Assembly (NCBI GenBank): GCA_963843145.1
Contig: CAWJJC010000022.1
Location: 352,001 to 416,000, forward strand
Direction: 5' to 3'
DNA: 64,000 nt
Source: an uncultured delta proteobacterium
Lineage (GTDB): Bacteria > Desulfobacterota > RBG-13-43-22
Below are positions 14,308 through 24,359 of this stretch, one piece after another (position 1 is the stretch's first letter; each line of letters begins with the position of its first letter). The translations under genes were made by a program, and so were the position numbers. The notes beneath the pieces were generated by a model. That model was given only the letters and a program-made list of their open reading frames with translations. It did no database searches and had not been told where the DNA came from.

Positions 14308-14997
14308 TTAATGGGCGTGTTCCATGGCTCCCGAGATATAGAGCATGGACAGCAGGGAAAAGATAAAGGCCTGCACGAAGCTGGTAAATACCGCCAGAAA
14401 CATCATGGGCAGGGGAGCTAAGAATTGGCCGGCCAGCATCAGAAGAATGGCCAGGACCAGATCCTCACCCATGATATTGCCGAACAAACGCAGGGTCAGG
14501 GAGAGGACCCGCGAGAGGTGGCCGATGATTTCAATGGGGAGCATCAGCGGGGCCAACCACCAGATGGGCCCCAGGAAGTGTTTAATATACTTTGGTCCGT
14601 GAATTTTGATGCCCACGATATGGGTAGTGATGAAGACAATCAGAGCGCAGGCCAGTGTGGTATTGATGTTGGCCGTAGGAGAGAAAAATCCCGGTACCAG
14701 CCCCAACACGTTGGAGACAAATATAAAAAGAAAAAAAGTGGCGATCAGGGGGAAAAAAACCCGTCCGTCTTCACCCATAACCTCAACCTGAAAATTTTCT
14801 ACCCCGTCGATCACCGCTTCAAACAGATTCTGGCCGCCGTAGGGGACTAATTGGATGGTCTTGGTAGCGATCCAGCCGAAAACAATCATGAGCAGCATGA
14901 TCAGCCAGGTGAAGGTAACATGCGGGTAGGCGTGGGCAAAATGGCCTAACCCTAAGACCTCCAAAAGCTTGGTCAGGAAAAAAATCGGGTGTTCCAT
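14308..14997 (-). CDS. atpB: ATP synthase F0 subunit a
   Basis: [31 protein letters not shown]. Confidence 0.96.
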   Translation of the reverse strand: MEHPIFFLTKLLEVLGLGHFAHAYPHVTFTWLIMLLMIVFGWIATKTIQLVPYGGQNLFEAVIDGVENFQVEVMGEDGRVFFPLIATFFLFIFVSNVLGLVPGFFSPTANINTTLACALIVFITTHIVGIKIHGPKYIKHFLGPIWWLAPLMLPIEIIGHLSRVLSLTLRLFGNIMGEDLVLAILLMLAGQFLAPLPMMFLAVFTSFVQAFIFSLLSMLYISGAMEHAH

Positions 14998-15001
14998 AAA
15001 A

Positions 15002-15412
15002 TTAATTGGCCTCCTTGAAAAGGATTTTCCTCATCTCGTTGCACCCTACCAGGGTAAGATTGATGACGACTACCGACAGTCCCAGGATCAGCCCGAAGGG
15101 ATTCACCAGCCGGTAGGCAATCAGGATGTAAAGAACCAGCGCGGTCCCCAATAGCCGTAAATAATATTTAACGATAACCGCCATGGGAGTGGTCAGTTGC
15201 CCGGGGGTTAGGCCTGATTTCAGCACCCGGGATAACAGGTGAAAATTAATGAGAATGACCAATCCACCGGCCATGACTCCCAGGGTAAAACGCCACGGCC
15301 ATAACCAAAGGCTGGCTCCGATCATGGAAATCCAGACCGCGGCGTTCATCATCCGGATTTTTTGTAACAACGGGTCGGTATCGTTTCCTTTTATTCTATC
15401 GAATAAATCCAT
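15002..15412 (-). CDS. atpI: ATP synthase subunit I
   Basis: Hydrophobic 4-TM protein with YYLRL...GLSVVV directly upstream of atpB. Confidence 0.8.
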   Translation of the reverse strand: MDLFDRIKGNDTDPLLQKIRMMNAAVWISMIGASLWLWPWRFTLGVMAGGLVILINFHLLSRVLKSGLTPGQLTTPMAVIVKYYLRLLGTALVLYILIAYRLVNPFGLILGLSVVVINLTLVGCNEMRKILFKEAN

Positions 15413-15446
15413 AGATCGATAAAAAGAGGGCCTGCCGGGAAGGCCT

Positions 15447-15668
15447 TCAAATCTTGTCCTGGGTTTTTTTCAGAATGATCAAGATATTCTTAAACCCGGC
15501 GACGATCCCGAAAAGCAAAAAAATAAAAAAGAACACGGGTTGGGTTTGAAGCCACTTATCTAAATAGTATCCGATCGCCAGCCCGATTACCAGCGACAGC
15601 CCCATGGAAATACCCATGGAACTGACCATGGCTAATAAACGAAAATATTTTCGGGTCTCCTCCTGCAC
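15447..15668 (-). CDS. AtpZ/AtpI family small membrane protein
   Basis: GLAIGYYLDKWLQTQP...GIVAGFKN motif; first gene of F0 operon. Confidence 0.85.
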   Translation of the reverse strand: MQEETRKYFRLLAMVSSMGISMGLSLVIGLAIGYYLDKWLQTQPVFFFIFLLFGIVAGFKNILIILKKTQDKI

Positions 15669-15917
15669 TAACCCCTATGCGGTGCGGCAAAAAGACCAAT
15701 TATATTATTAATTTGTTGAATTAGTTTAATAATTTAAAGACAGTCCAAAAATTTTGATACCTTTACCATGGGTGGTAGGCAAAGTCAACTTTTTTTTAAG
15801 ATCCGGGAGACATTTTGGGGGTGAATTTCTGGATGAAAATTACCAGGGCGACCAGGCCCAATCCGACGGCATCAAAGATCCAGGAGGAGTAAACCGGCAT
15901 CAACCCGCCGGCCGGTC

Positions 15918-16349
15918 TTATAAGGGCCAGAGGAGAGTCGCGCGGATACAGCCTCCTTGCTCATGGTACACTTTTCCACCCAGAGTCAAGGTTATCCCCA
16001 CCTCGGAGCAATATTGGATTATCCGGGTCCTTTCTTTCAACAGTTGTTCATTCCAGGCGTATACTCCTGCCGTATAATATTCTTCGGTCCCGGGATCCGT
16101 GCGCACCGAAAAGTCGGAGAAATACCAGGGCATTTTAAAACGGATGACTACCGGCCGCCCGGTAACCGAGTTGATGAATTCGACACTTCCTTTTTGCCAG
16201 GCCCAGATCCGAAGGATGCCGGAGCCGTGGTCCCCGGCGATCTTAACTACCCGGATAAATCCCGCCGCAAATAGAAGCGCCGCCAGGATGATCGCCAGGG
16301 ACACGACTTTTAAACGTCCTCCCTCGGCTCGAAAGCCGGCAAAGATCAC
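15918..16349 (-). CDS. DUF1850-like TRAP-associated protein
   Basis: N-terminal TM and FINSVTGRPV motif; overlaps the TAXI gene stop. Confidence 0.55.
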   Translation of the reverse strand: MIFAGFRAEGGRLKVVSLAIILAALLFAAGFIRVVKIAGDHGSGILRIWAWQKGSVEFINSVTGRPVVIRFKMPWYFSDFSVRTDPGTEEYYTAGVYAWNEQLLKERTRIIQYCSEVGITLTLGGKVYHEQGGCIRATLLWPL

Positions 16350-17347
16350 TTCAAGAGGCCTTTTTCCTTAAAATAGCTCAGGGACCCCGGGTCGTAGGGG
16401 ATGGTCCCGTGGACAAATTTTATGGCGTTTGTCAAGGTGTTGTCCTTGGCCGCCTTAATCGCTTTTTGTAAAAGGGGTAGGTTTTCAAACAAGGCTTTGG
16501 TGATGGCGTAAGAATATTTTTCAGGCAAACTTTTAGGTCCCATGAATAGGTTCCAGAAGGCCAGGGTATGAGTGTCCTTTTCGGTTCCGTAAACCTCCTT
16601 GGGAATCAATCCCGGTTCCATGACGCCGGGGAATTTTAGGAGCAACTTTTTGACCAATTCTCCTTTGGGGTCCAGGTCCACCATTTCGATCTTGCTTCCC
16701 TTGCGGGCCAAAGTGGTGACCAACTCGGTCACTGAACTGGTCGGGAGACCTCCGGACCAGAAATAGGCATCCAGAGTGCCTTGGGACAAGGATTCCGCCG
16801 ATTCGGAGGCGCCTAAGCGTTCTTGCTTGCCCAAATCGGTCGTTTTAAGGCCGGCTGCTTCCAGCACCATAAAGGCCTCAATTTCGGTGCCGGATCCGGG
16901 CGCCCCGGTGGAGACGCGTTTCCCCTTCAGGTCGGCTATGGTCTTGATGCCTGCCCCGTGCGCAGTGACGATATGAAGGATGTTAGGATACATGGCCCAC
17001 ATAACTCTAACTTCTTTGGCCGGCTTATCTTTGAACCGTTCAATCTTTCCGGTGTAGGCCAGGTAGGCCGAATCCGGTAGCACCAGGCCCAGATAGTAGG
17101 TGTTTTTGCTCGGGTCAGTACGACGTTGAATCAGGAGCAGGTTGTCGACCGAAGCGGCGGTCTGGATGGCGGTCGCGTCTACTCCGGCATATTTCGTCAG
17201 GATTTCAGCGACGGTCGTGCCGTAGTAATAATAAACCCCGCCGATGCCGCCGGTGGTAATCATGATTTTTGGTCTTTCTTCGGCAAAAACGGATAAACAA
17301 CCCAATCCTAAAATGACAGCAAAAACAACTCCCACGATTTTTTTCAT
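16346..17347 (-). CDS. TAXI-family TRAP transporter solute-binding protein
   Basis: Signal peptide, TGGIGGVYY, DLKGKRVSTGAPGSGTE, DAYFWSGGLP. Confidence 0.9.
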   Translation of the reverse strand: MKKIVGVVFAVILGLGCLSVFAEERPKIMITTGGIGGVYYYYGTTVAEILTKYAGVDATAIQTAASVDNLLLIQRRTDPSKNTYYLGLVLPDSAYLAYTGKIERFKDKPAKEVRVMWAMYPNILHIVTAHGAGIKTIADLKGKRVSTGAPGSGTEIEAFMVLEAAGLKTTDLGKQERLGASESAESLSQGTLDAYFWSGGLPTSSVTELVTTLARKGSKIEMVDLDPKGELVKKLLLKFPGVMEPGLIPKEVYGTEKDTHTLAFWNLFMGPKSLPEKYSYAITKALFENLPLLQKAIKAAKDNTLTNAIKFVHGTIPYDPGSLSYFKEKGLLK

Positions 17348-17390
17348 CTTGCCCTCCTTATGTTATTTTTTCCGTTAATAAACAATCACC

Positions 17391-19514
17391 CTAAGCAAGT
17401 TCCACCGCCTCGGATTTCTTACCAAAGAAGCCGAAAAAAAACCAGGCCAAGGCCGGAAGGATGACGATATTGACCCAAAGAAAGGGTAAAAACATGCCGA
17501 CGGATAGGATCCCCAGAACCCAGGACTCCCATTTAAGCAAGGGCCTTCGGGCATAACCCACAGTGGCGGCAGCCATAGAGATCGCCCCGGCCGAAACCGC
17601 CGCCAGCCGGACGAGAAATTCGATGATCGCCTCGAGCCCCGAGGCGGTGCGCCACATGGGGATCAGGAGAAGAGCCGTGCCTTGGTAGGCCAAGATAAAA
17701 GAAAAGCCCAGCAGGTATTTGGGCAGGGCCACTTTGGCCGCGTAAAACCCGGTTTTTAAGGGATCGGTTAAAAAAACCGAAGCCGAGGCATAGGCCGAAA
17801 GGGCCACGGGTGGCGTGACGTCGGCCAGTATGGCGTAGTACATGAGGAACATATGGGTAGACAGCAGGGCCGCTTCCGCCGGGATGCCGTTGGCCATGGC
17901 CACCTTGAGGATGGCGGGAGCAGTCAGGGACGAGGAGACCACGTAAGTGGCGGTCGGCGGTATACCCATCCCTAAAAGCAGGGTGAACCCGGCTGCGAAA
18001 AAGGTGGCCAGTAGCAGGCTCTCCCCCGAAACCATGGTCAGGAGTTGGGAGAATTTGTTCGGCAGGCCGGTTAAAACCATCAGAGTCAGGATCAGGTTGG
18101 CACAGACTACGGCCGTGCCGATGGGGATCAAAGAGGAGAAACCCGTGGCCAGCCCTTTCAGCAGGACCCGCGGGCTCTTGGGGCGTATCGTGGGGTCAAG
18201 ATAGCATAAAATGACAAAGAGGACCAACGCGCAAACTACGGCCAGGCTGACCGCATAACCCCAAAAGATAAAGGCCACAATCAGAAGAATGGGCAGGAAG
18301 ATGTAACAATAGCGGCGGAAATATTTTCCTCCGTAATGCTCCCCGTCTTCTACGGGTTTCAACCCTTTCTTTTTGACATACAGATAGTTATAAGACAGGA
18401 TGGCCACAATATAGAGCAACATCGGCCCCAGCGCCATGATACAGATCCAAGAATAGGGGATGGAAAGGATTTCCACCATGATAAAGGCCATGGAGCCCAG
18501 TACGGGCGGGGTGACCATGGCAACGGTGCCCGCCGTGGCGGCGATACCGGCGGCGACATAGCGGTCATAACCGGCCTTTTCGTACATGGGTTTGCTGATG
18601 GTGGAGACGAATTGGGTATCGGCTGCACCGGAGCCGCTGAACAGGCCCATGAAGACCGAGGCAATGGTGGTCACAATTCCCGGACCATCGGCCCTTCCGC
18701 GTGAGGCCAGGGAGGCAATGTTGGCAATAATGCGGCCTAAATTCAAGGCCCCGATAACCCCCCCCAGGATGGTGAAGTAAACCAGGTATTTCATGGACAC
18801 GCCGGTAATCATGCCGAACAGGCCGGCCTCGGTCTCGCTGAAAAGTTTGCCCAAGAGAAGATCAAAGTCGAAAGAGGCGTGAGCCAGGACGCCGGTGAGC
18901 AGATTTCCATGAAGGTCGTAGAGAAGAAAAGTAAGCACCAGGCAGGGGAGGATGGCCCCGGTGTAGCGATAGACCTGGCCGAGAAGCAGGAAAGTCAGGC
19001 CGAACCCCATCACCAGGTCCCAGGGTTCCGGCAGCATGGCCCGATCGATGAGGTCATGGAACAAGATGACCAGATAGAGATAGGGGACAAATACCAGGAC
19101 GGCCCCCAGTTTGTCCACCCAGCGGCCCAATGAGGGATAAACCACCGGGAGGACGGCCGTCAGCCAGAAAACCGTGGCGATCAGGTTGAACCTCGGGCCC
19201 AAGCCGATCCGCCAAAAGGCATAGAGCGGAAAAGCGGCCATTATGGCAAAGACAAAAGCCCCGGCCCCGGCCCGCCTCTGGTCCCGAAGCGAGGAAAGAA
19301 GGTACCCGGTGATAAGCAGAAAAAAAACGTGGGTCGCCCGCTGGACCTGGGTGAGGTCCAGGAAGGAGATGGATAATTTGGAAAGAGGGGTGTAGGGATG
19401 AATCACCAGATAAAGGCTGTACAGGCTGGCGATGATCAGGAGGGGCGTGATGACCAGGCGCTTGAGTCCACCTTCTTGGATGACTTGAGATTCATCGTGC
19501 ATGTTCGCGGTCAT
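17391..19514 (-). CDS. TRAP transporter fused 4TM/12TM permease (start at 19514 or 19502)
   Basis: Polytopic; PPVLGSMAF, LGMGIPPTATY, ADVTPPVALSAYA. Confidence 0.88.
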   Translation of the reverse strand: MTANMHDESQVIQEGGLKRLVITPLLIIASLYSLYLVIHPYTPLSKLSISFLDLTQVQRATHVFFLLITGYLLSSLRDQRRAGAGAFVFAIMAAFPLYAFWRIGLGPRFNLIATVFWLTAVLPVVYPSLGRWVDKLGAVLVFVPYLYLVILFHDLIDRAMLPEPWDLVMGFGLTFLLLGQVYRYTGAILPCLVLTFLLYDLHGNLLTGVLAHASFDFDLLLGKLFSETEAGLFGMITGVSMKYLVYFTILGGVIGALNLGRIIANIASLASRGRADGPGIVTTIASVFMGLFSGSGAADTQFVSTISKPMYEKAGYDRYVAAGIAATAGTVAMVTPPVLGSMAFIMVEILSIPYSWICIMALGPMLLYIVAILSYNYLYVKKKGLKPVEDGEHYGGKYFRRYCYIFLPILLIVAFIFWGYAVSLAVVCALVLFVILCYLDPTIRPKSPRVLLKGLATGFSSLIPIGTAVVCANLILTLMVLTGLPNKFSQLLTMVSGESLLLATFFAAGFTLLLGMGIPPTATYVVSSSLTAPAILKVAMANGIPAEAALLSTHMFLMYYAILADVTPPVALSAYASASVFLTDPLKTGFYAAKVALPKYLLGFSFILAYQGTALLLIPMWRTASGLEAIIEFLVRLAAVSAGAISMAAATVGYARRPLLKWESWVLGILSVGMFLPFLWVNIVILPALAWFFFGFFGKKSEAVELA

Positions 19515-19521
19515 CCTTTCA

Positions 19522-21099
19522 TCAATGCACTTTTTTTTCATACCGGTCCCAAAAGGGATCTCGAAGGGCCTTTTTGAATAGCTTGCCCGATCCGGTCTTG
19601 GGCAAGAACTCAAGAAAGGTGATCGACTTGGGGGACTTGTAAGAAGCCAGGTGCTCCTTGCAGAAACGGATGATTTCTTCTTCAGTGGCTTTCTGGTTTT
19701 CCTTCAGCACCACCGCGGCGTGCACGGCCTCGCCCCATTTTTCATCGGGGACGCCGAAAACGGCCGCCTCAAGGATCTTGGGGAACTGGTAGAGCACATT
19801 TTCGACCTCAGTGGAATAGACATTTTCCCCTCCTGACAAGATCATGTCTTTTTTGCGGTCCACGATGTTGACATAACCCTCTTCATCGATAACGGCCAGA
19901 TCCCCGGTATGGAGCCAGCCGTTTTTGATGGTCTTGGAGGTTTCCTCCGGGAGCTTCCAATATCCTTTGGTAATGGTATCCCCCCGAACGATAATCTCAC
20001 CGACCTCTTGATTGTCCCGAGACACTTCTTGGCCGTTTTCCCGTACCACCTTTAGCGAGACGCCGATAAATTCCCGGCCGGTCTTGGCCTTGTATTCAAA
20101 CTGTTTTTCAGGGGGCCAGGCTTTTAAATGTTCCTTTAAAATGGAAAGGGTCAGATAGGGGCTGGTTTCGGTCATCCCATAGGTTTGAATGTAATCACAG
20201 TCAAAACCCTGCATGATCTTCCGGACCACTTCCGGGGCGATGGGGGCCCCGCCGCTTAACAAGACCCGAAGCTGGGGGAAGGAATAATCATGAAAATTCG
20301 GATAATTGATCAGCATATTGAGCATGGTGGGGATCATGTTGGTGATAGTCACCTTCTCCTGGACCATGGTGTCTAGGACCGTCTGGGGGTTGAATTCGTG
20401 AACGATAACGTGGGTTCCCCCCACCCAGGTAATGGCCCAGGTGGCCCAGGCATCGGCCAGATGGAACAGGGGGGCCACATGGATCCAGACATCCGTATCC
20501 TTAAGGTTCAACTCGGCGATAGTGCCCAGGGCATGAAGGGTGTCGTTCCGGTGGGTTAACATGACCCCCTTGGGACGACCGGTGGTCCCGCTGGTGTAAT
20601 AAATCTGAGCCACGGCATCGTCCCCCGGACCCCGGGGCTGGAGCGGATCCGCGGAGGCGGAGGCCAGCAGTCCCTCATATTCCAGATCGGTGGACCTCAT
20701 TTGGGCCCGGGGATCGATCCAGATCGTAGATTCCAGAGCGGGCGGCCGGGATTCAGGGGAAGGGGTCTTCGAGGAAAAATCGGCCTGGGCGATCAGGATC
20801 CGAGCACCCGAATCCCTTAGAATAAAATCGATCTCTTTGGCCGAAAGACGGTAATTGAGGGGGACCAGAATGGTGTTGATGAGCGCCGTGGCAAAATAGG
20901 CTTCCAGGAAAGTATGGCAATTGTATTGTAAAATGGCCACCCGGTCGCCTTCCCGCAGACCTTTTTCGGTCAGGGATCGGGCCAGTCGATAGACCCTTTG
21001 CCCGAACTCCCGGTAGGTAAAGGCGCCCCTCGGGCAGCGAACGGCCTGTTTCTGGGGATAGGCCTTGACGGCTTTCAGCAGCAGGTCGGCTAAGTGAAT
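19522..21099 (-). CDS. Long-chain fatty acid/acyl-CoA ligase (ANL family), probable ATT start
   Basis: YTSGTTGRPKG, YGMTE, GWLHTGD, DRKKDMILSGGENV, PKTGSGK; homologous-looking N-terminus extends to ATT at 21099 behind GAGGAGG. Confidence 0.88.
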   Translation of the reverse strand: MHLADLLLKAVKAYPQKQAVRCPRGAFTYREFGQRVYRLARSLTEKGLREGDRVAILQYNCHTFLEAYFATALINTILVPLNYRLSAKEIDFILRDSGARILIAQADFSSKTPSPESRPPALESTIWIDPRAQMRSTDLEYEGLLASASADPLQPRGPGDDAVAQIYYTSGTTGRPKGVMLTHRNDTLHALGTIAELNLKDTDVWIHVAPLFHLADAWATWAITWVGGTHVIVHEFNPQTVLDTMVQEKVTITNMIPTMLNMLINYPNFHDYSFPQLRVLLSGGAPIAPEVVRKIMQGFDCDYIQTYGMTETSPYLTLSILKEHLKAWPPEKQFEYKAKTGREFIGVSLKVVRENGQEVSRDNQEVGEIIVRGDTITKGYWKLPEETSKTIKNGWLHTGDLAVIDEEGYVNIVDRKKDMILSGGENVYSTEVENVLYQFPKILEAAVFGVPDEKWGEAVHAAVVLKENQKATEEEIIRFCKEHLASYKSPKSITFLEFLPKTGSGKLFKKALRDPFWDRYEKKVH

Positions 21100-21288
21100 G
21101 GCGATCCCTCCTCTATATCGGATTAACCATTCAAATATCTAATCCAGACTGGGTGAAAATTCAATAAAAAATGACGCTTCGCCCTTGATAATGCCCCCTG
21201 AGGCCCAGAGGCCTTTTCTTAGACTTACCCAAAGCGCTGGGCCGAAGGTGGCAGTGGAGGGCGCCAAAATCCGGGATCGCTCCAAATT

Positions 21289-21315
21289 AAAATCCCCCTG
21301 AGTCAGGGGGATTTT
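21289..21315. terminator. Terminator hairpin downstream of serA
   Basis: AAAATCCCCCTGA-g-TCAGGGGGATTTT inverted repeat. Confidence 0.75.
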
Positions 21316-21358
21316 GAAGGCTCGTTTTTAGTCTTTCGAAGTTGGCTTTATTCGCTTT

Positions 21359-22939
21359 TTATAATTCCACGGCCTGGACCGAGGAAACGGGCGGTAGCCC
21401 GGATACATCTTTCAGCACCGATGGCAGCAGAATCTGGTCCGTGGTCAGTAGGATGACGTTGTTTCCCTGGTCCTTTTCCTGGCCCACGTGCATCCGTTCA
21501 ATATTGATGCTGTGTTTGCCCAGGGTGGTGGCGATAGCCCCGATGACCCCGGGACGGTCGATGTTGGTAATGAGCAGCATGTGTCCTTGGGGGACGGCCT
21601 CCAAACGGAAGTTGTTCAGGCGCACAATGCGCGGCTCGGATTTTCCGAAAAGCGTACCGGAAATGGTGCTTTCCATGGACTGGGTTTTTACTTTGAGGGT
21701 GATGAGGTTAATAAAATCATCCGCGGTTTCGCTTTTGGATTCGACCACCTTGATCCCCCGCTCCTTGGCCAACAGGGGGGCATTCACAAAGTTGACCACA
21801 TCCCTCAAGGCCGGGGTGAGCAGGCCTTTTAACAGGGAAACGGTCATAGGCTGGGTATCGAAGGCGGCCACATCACCCAGATATTCGATCGCCACTTCCG
21901 TCAACCCACCCTCGATGATCTGAGCCTGAAAAGCTCCCAATCGCTCGGCCAGGGTCAAATAGGGTTTGATTCGTTCCAGCAGATGGGCACTCACCGAGGG
22001 GACATTCACCGCGTTCCGAATGACCCCATTCAGCAGGTAATCGATTATTTGTTCGGCCACACTCAGGGCCACATTTTCCTGGGCTTCTTTGGTGGAGGCG
22101 CCCAGGTGGGGAGTGCAGATAAAGTTGTCCAATTGCATCAGAGGGGAATCCCCGGGCGGCTCTTTTTCGAAGACGTCCAGGGCCGCGGCCGCCACCTGGC
22201 CGCTGGTCAGGGCTTCAGCCAGGGCCTGCTCGTCCACCACCCCGCCCCGGGAACAGTTTACCAGCATGACCCCTTTTTTCATTTTGGCTATAGCCTTGGC
22301 ATTGATGAATCCTAGGGTATCTTTGGTCTTGGGCACGTGAAGGGTGATAAAGTCGGCCCGCCGGTAAAGTTCGTCCAGGGTCACCCCTTCCACGCCCTGT
22401 TTGGAGATGGTTTCGGACTGGATGAAAGGGTCAAAGGCAATGACGTTCATTTTGAGGCCTTTGGCCCTATCAGCCACGATACTACCGATTTTGCCGATAC
22501 CAATGATGCCCAGGGTCTTGTTAAAAATTTCCCGGCCCTGAAATTTCTTTTTTTCCCATTTCTGGGCCTTCAGGGAGGCCGTGGCCTGGGGGATCATCCG
22601 AGTCATGGCCAGGATCAGGGAAAGAGTATGTTCCGCCGTGGTGATCGTGTTCCCTTCCGGAGTATTCATGACCACAATCCCCCGCTGCGTGGCGGCCGGG
22701 ATATCCACGTTATCCAACCCGATGCCGGCCCGACCGATGACTTTAAGTTTCTTGGCCGCGCCGATGATTTCCGCCGTTACCTTGGTGGCGCTGCGGATGG
22801 CCAGGCCATCGTAATCTTTAATGATAGCCTTCAGTTCTTCGGGAGGCAGTCCGGTCTTCACATCGACGGTAATCCCTTTGGCCTTTTTGAAGAGGTCAAT
22901 CCCTTTTTCCGACATATTGTCGCTTACCAAAACCTTCAT
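21359..22939 (-). CDS. serA: D-3-phosphoglycerate dehydrogenase (with ASB and ACT domains)
   Basis: GRAGIGLDNVD, GIIGIGKIG, TPHLGASTKEAQ, DRPGVIG. Confidence 0.95.
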   Translation of the reverse strand: MKVLVSDNMSEKGIDLFKKAKGITVDVKTGLPPEELKAIIKDYDGLAIRSATKVTAEIIGAAKKLKVIGRAGIGLDNVDIPAATQRGIVVMNTPEGNTITTAEHTLSLILAMTRMIPQATASLKAQKWEKKKFQGREIFNKTLGIIGIGKIGSIVADRAKGLKMNVIAFDPFIQSETISKQGVEGVTLDELYRRADFITLHVPKTKDTLGFINAKAIAKMKKGVMLVNCSRGGVVDEQALAEALTSGQVAAAALDVFEKEPPGDSPLMQLDNFICTPHLGASTKEAQENVALSVAEQIIDYLLNGVIRNAVNVPSVSAHLLERIKPYLTLAERLGAFQAQIIEGGLTEVAIEYLGDVAAFDTQPMTVSLLKGLLTPALRDVVNFVNAPLLAKERGIKVVESKSETADDFINLITLKVKTQSMESTISGTLFGKSEPRIVRLNNFRLEAVPQGHMLLITNIDRPGVIGAIATTLGKHSINIERMHVGQEKDQGNNVILLTTDQILLPSVLKDVSGLPPVSSVQAVEL

Positions 22940-22974
22940 GTGTCTTTCCCCCTATATTTGAGTAAAAATCAGTG

Positions 22975-23200
22975 CGAAAGCCCGGAAATTGTTCCCTGGG
23001 CAGCCAAGGTTTTCAGTGCCCTTTCAGGGCTCTGAAAACGTCAGCCGCCCTCATCCGACCTAGTGGCGAGATCCGGAAAATTTTTCCCAAGACCATGGCC
23101 TGCTCGTCTAAAGGCGATGGCCTCGAGTCTGGCCAAAGGTGTTGTAGGTCCCCGGGACGTTAAAAAAAGCTTTGGCATCAATCCCCCGTAAGGCAAAGAA
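22975..23200 (-). pseudogene. Degenerate fragment resembling the C-terminus of a class V aminotransferase
   Basis: Frame-broken GIDAKAFF...TYNTFG...LGKIFRISPLG...DVFRAL...KTLAAQG recalls the GKIFRI(A/S)HLG region of AGAT/SPT-type enzymes. Confidence 0.4.
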
Positions 23201-23389
23201 AAATTGAAGAAAATTAAGGAATTGGTGATATAGAAGCCAATGGTCTTATTCCTATCAAGTCATTGGCTGTTTGTCAATAGCGATGTTGTTGTCGGTAACA
23301 GACGGAGAGGAGATCAGGCGGCGCATCTTGGCGTACTCGCCAAGGTTTCAGCGGGGGATAAAGTGACAAACCAGCCAATCCCAAAAAAA

Positions 23390-24040
23390 CTAATGAAACG
23401 ATTTGCTTTGGTCAAGGGAAAGGCCGGCCAGGAAATCCGGGTCCAGCACATCTCCGGGTCGGAATTCCTGGCGGGTCCAACTAATCGCGTCTTTTAATTC
23501 GCGACCCATGCGGGCCAGGATTTCCGGGGTATGCATGGCCGGGACCACCGTGGTTCGAAACTGGTAGGGCACCTTTCCGGAAAGCAGCAGGGCAATGGAT
23601 TCCCGAATGGCCTCGACCGTGACCGGGACCCCGGCACAGCGACTGTAGGGATCGGCTTCCAGGGGCGCCTTGACGTCCAGGGCCACGAAATCCACTAGCT
23701 TTTCCTCCACCAAAAATTGCAGTACCTTGGGCCGGGTTCCGTTGGTATCCAGTTTGACCGGAAAGCCCAAGGCCTTGATGTCCATGAGGAGATCCGGCAG
23801 GTCCGGGTGCAGCGTGGGTTCACCCCCGGAGACACAAACCCCATCCAGCCAACCCCGAAGGGTCTGAAATCGTTCCCGGATAAAAGGCCAGGGCAGGGTC
23901 TCGTATTCCTCCGGACGGAGGATCAGGCCGTGGTTGTGGCAGTAGGGGCAGCGAAAATTACAGAAAGGAAGAAAAAGAACGGCGCAGATTTTTTCCGGCC
24001 AGTCGATAAAGGAAGTTTCTAAAAAGCCTTTAATTTCCAT
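23390..24040 (-). CDS. nrdG: Anaerobic ribonucleoside-triphosphate reductase activating protein
   Basis: SFIDWP, CNFRCPYCHN, VSGGEPT, KLDTNG, FRTTVVP; downstream of nrdD. Confidence 0.93.
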   Translation of the reverse strand: MEIKGFLETSFIDWPEKICAVLFLPFCNFRCPYCHNHGLILRPEEYETLPWPFIRERFQTLRGWLDGVCVSGGEPTLHPDLPDLLMDIKALGFPVKLDTNGTRPKVLQFLVEEKLVDFVALDVKAPLEADPYSRCAGVPVTVEAIRESIALLLSGKVPYQFRTTVVPAMHTPEILARMGRELKDAISWTRQEFRPGDVLDPDFLAGLSLDQSKSFH

Positions 24041-24084
24041 CGATTTCGAATTGGAACCAAAAATGCGACTATTTTTGGTTAGCC

Positions 24085-24342
24085 TTAAAGGGACCGGGCG
24101 GCGCGTTTTCCCGATAAATAGTTCTTAATGGGAATCGCCCCGATGACGGATGTTGAATCATCCAGGATCAAGATAGGTAGCTCTTTTTGGGCCGTCTCCA
24201 CCAATTCATGCCAGGCCAGGTGAGCCAAGGCTTCCGGATTGTCTTCGCCCAGGATTTCTTCCCGAATCCCTAAGACCGTTAGATCGAATTTCCCTTTGAT
24301 ATAGTGGCATTTTTGGCAGTCGGCTTTGGTAAACAGGGTCAT
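24085..24342 (-). CDS. Small glutaredoxin/NrdH-like CxxC protein
   Basis: LFTKADCQKC at N-terminus, ELPILI; AAGGAGAGG RBS; between nrdD and nrdG. Confidence 0.7.
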   Translation of the reverse strand: MTLFTKADCQKCHYIKGKFDLTVLGIREEILGEDNPEALAHLAWHELVETAQKELPILILDDSTSVIGAIPIKNYLSGKRAARSL

Positions 24343-24359
24343 GGACCTCTCCTTTTATG

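Noticed and set aside
15713-15732. Possible Rex site upstream of the atp operon (TTGTTGAATTAGTTTAATAA)
   Set aside because: Poor match in AT-rich DNA
22960-23240. Glycine, SAM or ZTP riboswitch in the serA leader
   Set aside because: Conserved cores of these riboswitches not recognisable
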